Shown in pieces: positions 28,549 through 32,000 of a stretch of 32,000 nt of DNA (position 1 is its first letter; each line of letters opens with the position of its first letter). The translations under genes were made by a program, and so were the position numbers. The stretch comes from Coprobacillaceae bacterium. GTDB taxonomy: Bacteria; Bacillota_I; Bacilli_A; Erysipelotrichales; Coprobacillaceae. Where the stretch lies: the NCBI GenBank assembly GCA_963675915.1, contig OY780959.1, positions 2,220,001-2,252,000 of the forward strand, in the 5' to 3' direction. The notes beneath the pieces are model-generated. The model was not told where the DNA came from, searched no databases, and saw only the letters and a list, made by a program, of their open reading frames with translations.

Positions 28549-29349
28549 ATGGAAGAGTTAAAAAATTTGATTAGAGAATATGATTCTAATCTTGAAGAAG
28601 AGGTTTATTTGAAATTGGTGGACAAGGTAAAATCAATGGAGGATTTGATTTTTGTCCGTTCAGTGAATACCAAATTATATTATCTGGAAGACTATTTGGA
28701 TCGACCATGTACCAAGATGTTTGTCTCAAGAGAAGATTTTGAAAAATTCCGCCAGGAAATGATCCAGGAGAAAATCAAAGTCAGCGGGATGGCGACAAAA
28801 GTAGGAAAAAGGGATTTTTTAGCCGGTGACTTAAGCCGTTGTGGAATCAAATTGATTCAGCTGATGGTTGACGGTCTTGAAGTTATCATGACGGTTGAAG
28901 AACTTTTTGGAACAGCTACCGAGTTGCGCCTGGATAATCATGAACTATTGTTGCTGGCCAACACTTTTATTGAAAAAGCGCGCCGTGGTCAGGCTAATCC
29001 TCAGGATGAAGAAGTTTATCTCAAGAAATTCAGTGAAAGCAAATTTATTGTCCCGGTAAAAGGTAAAAAAGGACCTGCTGACGAAGAGGGGAAAGCGCAG
29101 TTCGAAATTCCAATCTTCACCAATAAGGAAGGTACAAAAGCTCAATTTTTGTTCAGTGACCTTTATGAATTCTCGGCTTTCAATCAAAAGAAGGAATATA
29201 CATCGCTTACAGTAAATTATCAGGACTTGCGTTCTCTTTATCAAGGAGTGGACAGTTTGATTTTCAATCCGATGTCAATCAACATGGTGATTACTGAAAC
29301 GGTTTTTGACCGGATTGAAAAAGTTATCCGCTTTTCAAAAATGAATTAA
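28549..29349 (+). CDS. Hypothetical cytoplasmic protein, possibly two tandem SseB-like domains
   Basis: The clean 266-aa ORF has an RBS (AAAGGACGG). No transmembrane segments or catalytic motifs are apparent. Both halves show the pattern beta-strand...F(V/T)S/N(R/K)E(D/G)...F...NP that I associate with the SseB N-terminal domain. That similarity is a weak judgement from memory. Confidence 0.6.
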   Translation: MEELKNLIREYDSNLEEEVYLKLVDKVKSMEDLIFVRSVNTKLYYLEDYLDRPCTKMFVSREDFEKFRQEMIQEKIKVSGMATKVGKRDFLAGDLSRCGIKLIQLMVDGLEVIMTVEELFGTATELRLDNHELLLLANTFIEKARRGQANPQDEEVYLKKFSESKFIVPVKGKKGPADEEGKAQFEIPIFTNKEGTKAQFLFSDLYEFSAFNQKKEYTSLTVNYQDLRSLYQGVDSLIFNPMSINMVITETVFDRIEKVIRFSKMN

Positions 29350-29359
29350 ATCAATAATT

Positions 29360-29420
29360 AAAAGATTCTCTAATCCGAGGTCATCAACTGATTACTTCGT
29401 AAAGGGGAGTCTTTTTGTTT
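29360..29420 (+). terminator. Possible long-stem terminator after the 266-aa gene
   Basis: AAAAGATTCTCT (29360-29371) can pair with GGGGAGTCTTTT (29404-29415) using three G-U pairs around a structured loop. CTTTTTGTTTTG follows. The structure is imperfect. Confidence 0.35.
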
Positions 29421-29482
29421 TGAAATGCATTCGCAAACTTGCCGGGATCCGCCATGGTGCTATTTAAAACTTCAATTTTACG

Positions 29483-29491
29483 TGGTACAAT
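29483..29491 (+). promoter_or_regulatory. Candidate extended -10 promoter element (TGgTACAAT) of glpK
   Basis: The element lies 37 nt upstream of the GTG start at 29528. The -35 region is weak (TTAAAA). Confidence 0.45.
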
Positions 29492-29527
29492 GGGATAAGG
29501 AAAGCGGATACAAAAGGAGCGGATATT

Positions 29528-31033
29528 GTGAAAGAATATATTATGGCGATTGACCAGGGAACCACATCGACCAGGGTCATTATTTTCAACCAAAGTATGG
29601 ATGTGGTCGAAATCGCCCAGAAGGAAATTAGAAGCTTTTATCCTGAAGACGGCTGGGTTGAACAGAATCCAGAAGAGATCTGGCAGAGCGTACTTGACTG
29701 CGCCGACCAGGTTTTGCGCAAATCAGGGCTGACCATCAAAGAAATAAGGAGTATTGGAATCACCAATCAGCGGGAAACCACAGTCGTTTTTGACCGGAAT
29801 AACCATAAGCCGGTCTATAATGCGATCGTATGGCAATCGCGCCAATCCGAAAATGTATGTCAGCGACTGAAAGATGAAAATCATGAAAATACCTTCAAGG
29901 ATAAGACCGGACTGCTGATCGACCCCTATTTTTCGGGTACCAAAGTCAGATGGATTCTGGACAAGATAGCTGATTCCAATATGGAAGTAAATAAGGATGA
30001 TTTGCTTTTTGGCACTATCGATACCTGGATTCTATACAATCTTACTGGGGGCAAAGTTCACGCGACGGATTGCACCAATGCATCCAGAACGCTGCTATAC
30101 AATATCTACGACCTTTGCTGGGATGAACAGCTGTTGGAAATCCTGGATATCCCATTAACCATGATGCCCGAGGTTAAAGATTCGGGGGCAAGTTATGGCA
30201 CCACGGCCAAGGATGTTTTCTTCAATGGAGAGATTCCGATCACGGCGATAATGGGTGATCAGCAGGCATCCCTTTTCGGTCATGGCTGTTTCCAGGCCGG
30301 GATGGCCAAAAACACCTACGGCACCGGATGTTTCATGCTGATGAATACCGGAACCAAACCGGTCAAGTCAACCAACGGACTGATTACTACGATTGCCTGG
30401 TCGATTGATGGGGAAGTGAATTACGCCCTCGAGGGTTCGGTGTTTGTGGCAGGTAATGCGATCAAGTGGCTTAAGCAAGGTTTGGAACTGTTCGACAGTC
30501 CGGCAATTACAAATCTCTGGGCAAGTGAACTCGAAAGCAATGAGAATGTTTATTTTGTCCCGGCCTTTGTCGGATTGGGAGCGCCATACTGGAATGACAA
30601 GGCGAGAGGAATAATAGTGGGAATCACCCAAGCGACAACCAAGAAGACGCTGACTAGAGCCACGTTGGAGTCGCTGGCATATCAGAATAAGGATATTCTT
30701 GATGTGATGGTAGCGGAAAGCGGAATTGCCATCAACAGCCTGAAAGTTGATGGCAAGGTGACTGATAATGACTTTTTGATGCAATTTCAGGCGGATATTT
30801 TAAAAATTGTCGTTAATCGTGCCAGAGTGGCGGAAACAACCGCCTTGGGAGCGGCGATGATGGCGGGCCTTCAAAGCGGCTTCTTCCGGGATTTTGATCA
30901 CCTGATTCAAAATCTGGCCCCGGGAAAAACCTTCACCCCGAGAATGGCTGACGAACTGGTAGTTGAGTTGTACCAGGGGTGGCAAAAGGCGGTCAGGACG
31001 TGTATTTATCAGACTCGCGAAATGGATGATTAA
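29528..31033 (+). CDS. glpK: Glycerol kinase
   Basis: The product reads MKEYIMAIDQGTTSTRVIIF...GITNQRETTVVFD...DPYFSGTKVRWILD...GDQQASLFG...KNTYGTGCFMLMNTG. The start is GTG 29528, 8 nt after GGAG. The alternative start is ATG 29543. Confidence 0.93.
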   Translation: MKEYIMAIDQGTTSTRVIIFNQSMDVVEIAQKEIRSFYPEDGWVEQNPEEIWQSVLDCADQVLRKSGLTIKEIRSIGITNQRETTVVFDRNNHKPVYNAIVWQSRQSENVCQRLKDENHENTFKDKTGLLIDPYFSGTKVRWILDKIADSNMEVNKDDLLFGTIDTWILYNLTGGKVHATDCTNASRTLLYNIYDLCWDEQLLEILDIPLTMMPEVKDSGASYGTTAKDVFFNGEIPITAIMGDQQASLFGHGCFQAGMAKNTYGTGCFMLMNTGTKPVKSTNGLITTIAWSIDGEVNYALEGSVFVAGNAIKWLKQGLELFDSPAITNLWASELESNENVYFVPAFVGLGAPYWNDKARGIIVGITQATTKKTLTRATLESLAYQNKDILDVMVAESGIAINSLKVDGKVTDNDFLMQFQADILKIVVNRARVAETTALGAAMMAGLQSGFFRDFDHLIQNLAPGKTFTPRMADELVVELYQGWQKAVRTCIYQTREMDD

Positions 31034-31056
31034 CTCCCAAAGGACGAATTCGAAGG

Positions 31057-31085
31057 CCGAGCATATTGTTTGAACAATATCTCGG
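31057..31085. promoter_or_regulatory. Imperfect 13-bp inverted repeat spanning the trxB -35 box
   Basis: CCGAG(C)ATATTGTT-TG-AACAATATCTCGG has the TTGAAC -35 hexamer at its centre. No T-run follows, so a glpK terminator role is doubtful. Confidence 0.4.
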
Positions 31086-31097
31086 GAATGATATAAT
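31070..31097 (+). promoter_or_regulatory. Sigma-A-type promoter of trxB
   Basis: The elements are -35 TTGAAC (31070-31075), a 16-nt spacer, and -10 TATAAT (31092-31097). The RBS GGAGGT lies at 31107-31112. Confidence 0.55.
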
Positions 31098-31119
31098 GAT
31101 TAAAATGGAGGTCGAATAA

Positions 31120-32000
31120 ATGAAAGACTTAGTAATTATCGGAGCCGGTCCAGCCGGTTTGTCAGCTTTGCTTTATGCTACCCGTGCTGGTTTGTCAGCC
31201 ATTGTTTTGGACAATGGGGCACCGGGAGGGAAATTGAATCTTACAGCGGAAATTGAAAATTATCCGGGAATAAAACAAAAAACAGGGCCGGAACTGGCTT
31301 ATGAACTATATGAACATGCATTGAGTTTCGGGGGAGAACATGTCTATGGCGATGTGGTCGACATTATCGATCATGGCGATCATAAGGAAGTTGTCTGTGC
31401 CGACCAGTCTTACGAAGCCAAAGCGGTTTTGATTGCATCTGGTACCAAGGAAAGAAAAATCGGACTTCCAAACGAGGAAGCCTTGACCGGAAAAGGAATA
31501 TCTTATTGCGCGGTATGCGATGCGCCTTTTTATCGCGACAAAGAGGTGGCCGTCATCGGGGGCGGAAACTCTGCGGTTGAAGAAGCCATCTATCTGACTA
31601 ACTTTGCCCAAAAAGTTCATATTTTCATCCGAAGAGACGTCTTTAGAGCGGATAAGATTTCTTTGGTCAAAATGGAGAAAAATGATAAGATTGTGGTTCA
31701 TAAACTGAAAAAACCACACCATATCGTTGAAGCGGACGGAAAAGTTGCGGCACTGGGAGTGATTGATTCAGTCACTGAAGAAGTTGAAGAAGTTCCAGTA
31801 TCTGGAATCTTCCCATACTTGGGGCTTGATCCGGTCAGTGATTTTGCCAAAAATATCGGGGTCCTTGACGAATATGGTTATGTGATTACCGATGAAACTA
31901 TGGCAACAAGAGTTCCAATGGTTTTCGCTGCCGGGGATGTTCGCCAAAAAGGATTGCGTCAGGTTGTCACAGCAACCAACGACGGGGCGATTGCGGGCCA
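31120..32000 (+). CDS. trxB: Thioredoxin-disulfide reductase (low-Mr type). The 3' end lies outside the window.
   Basis: My own translation from ATG 31120 reads MKDLVIIGAGPAGLSALLYATRAG...ISYCAVCDAPFY (CxxC redox centre)...VIGGGNSAVEEA...IRRDVFRA...FAAGDV. The ORF is absent from the ORF track because no stop codon lies in the window. Confidence 0.9.
   Translation, partial: MKDLVIIGAGPAGLSALLYATRAGLSAIVLDNGAPGGKLNLTAEIENYPGIKQKTGPELAYELYEHALSFGGEHVYGDVVDIIDHGDHKEVVCADQSYEAKAVLIASGTKERKIGLPNEEALTGKGISYCAVCDAPFYRDKEVAVIGGGNSAVEEAIYLTNFAQKVHIFIRRDVFRADKISLVKMEKNDKIVVHKLKKPHHIVEADGKVAALGVIDSVTEEVEEVPVSGIFPYLGLDPVSDFAKNIGVLDEYGYVITDETMATRVPMVFAAGDVRQKGLRQVVTATNDGAIAG

Noticed and set aside
29350-29527. 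A GlpP-type antiterminator leader or riboswitch upstream of glpK, and a 69-aa minus-strand ORF at 29384-29593.
   Set aside because: The only hairpin (29360-29415) lies upstream of the best promoter candidate (TGgTACAAT at 29483-29491), so it fits better as the terminator of the preceding gene. No glpP lies nearby. The minus-strand ORF overlaps the glpK start and has no RBS.
1-32000. I looked for CRISPR arrays, tRNA or rRNA genes, long tandem or inverted repeats, prophage or integrase genes, toxin-antitoxin pairs and defence-system signatures.
   Set aside because: None was seen. Every intergenic region longer than about 60 nt is accounted for by promoters, terminators or the group II intron. 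Every long ORF has a housekeeping-type assignment except the 266-aa protein at 28549-29349.

Overview
This window looks like a mostly housekeeping chromosomal segment from a low-GC Gram-positive (Bacillota-type) bacterium. The organism is probably an anaerobe, because the window carries desulfoferrodoxin, Bcp and TrxB. The standard genetic code applies: TAA, TAG and TGA all terminate clearly homologous genes.

Gene order:
- Minus strand: a partial GH1 glycosidase, bcp, and an ABC-F ATPase.
- Plus strand: an aconitase / isocitrate dehydrogenase / GntR operon, then a group IIC intron sitting just behind that operon's terminator.
- Minus strand: a GH4 6-phospho-beta-glucosidase plus MFS transporter operon.
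- Plus strand: dfx, an HD-domain dNTPase-like gene, a DUF1934-like gene, cls, argS, rpoE (RNA polymerase delta), gap, an S41 C-terminal protease, uvrB, an HD-type cca, uvrA, hprK, lgt, a ppaX-like HAD gene, a 266-aa unknown, glpK, and a partial trxB.

The uvrBA / hprK-lgt-ppaX / trxB order recalls the Bacillus subtilis arrangement.

I saw no tRNA, rRNA or CRISPR array, and no convincing defence, toxin-antitoxin or other novel multi-gene system. The only mobile or accessory element is the group IIC intron. Its ribozyme looks intact, but its reverse transcriptase ORF is interrupted by one in-frame TAG at a conserved Tyr position.

Secondary observations:
- Twin TTGTATACAA palindromes bracket the aconitase operon promoter and are a likely GntR operator.
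- An HD-type CCA-adding enzyme gene is translationally coupled between uvrB and uvrA.
- A cre-like palindrome lies upstream of a stand-alone gap gene.
- A phospho-glycosidase is paired with a non-PTS transporter.
- An orphan glpK lacks the Firmicute HPr-target histidine.
- An inverted repeat covers the trxB -35 box.

All calls come from reading the translations and the sequence by eye. No database search was run.
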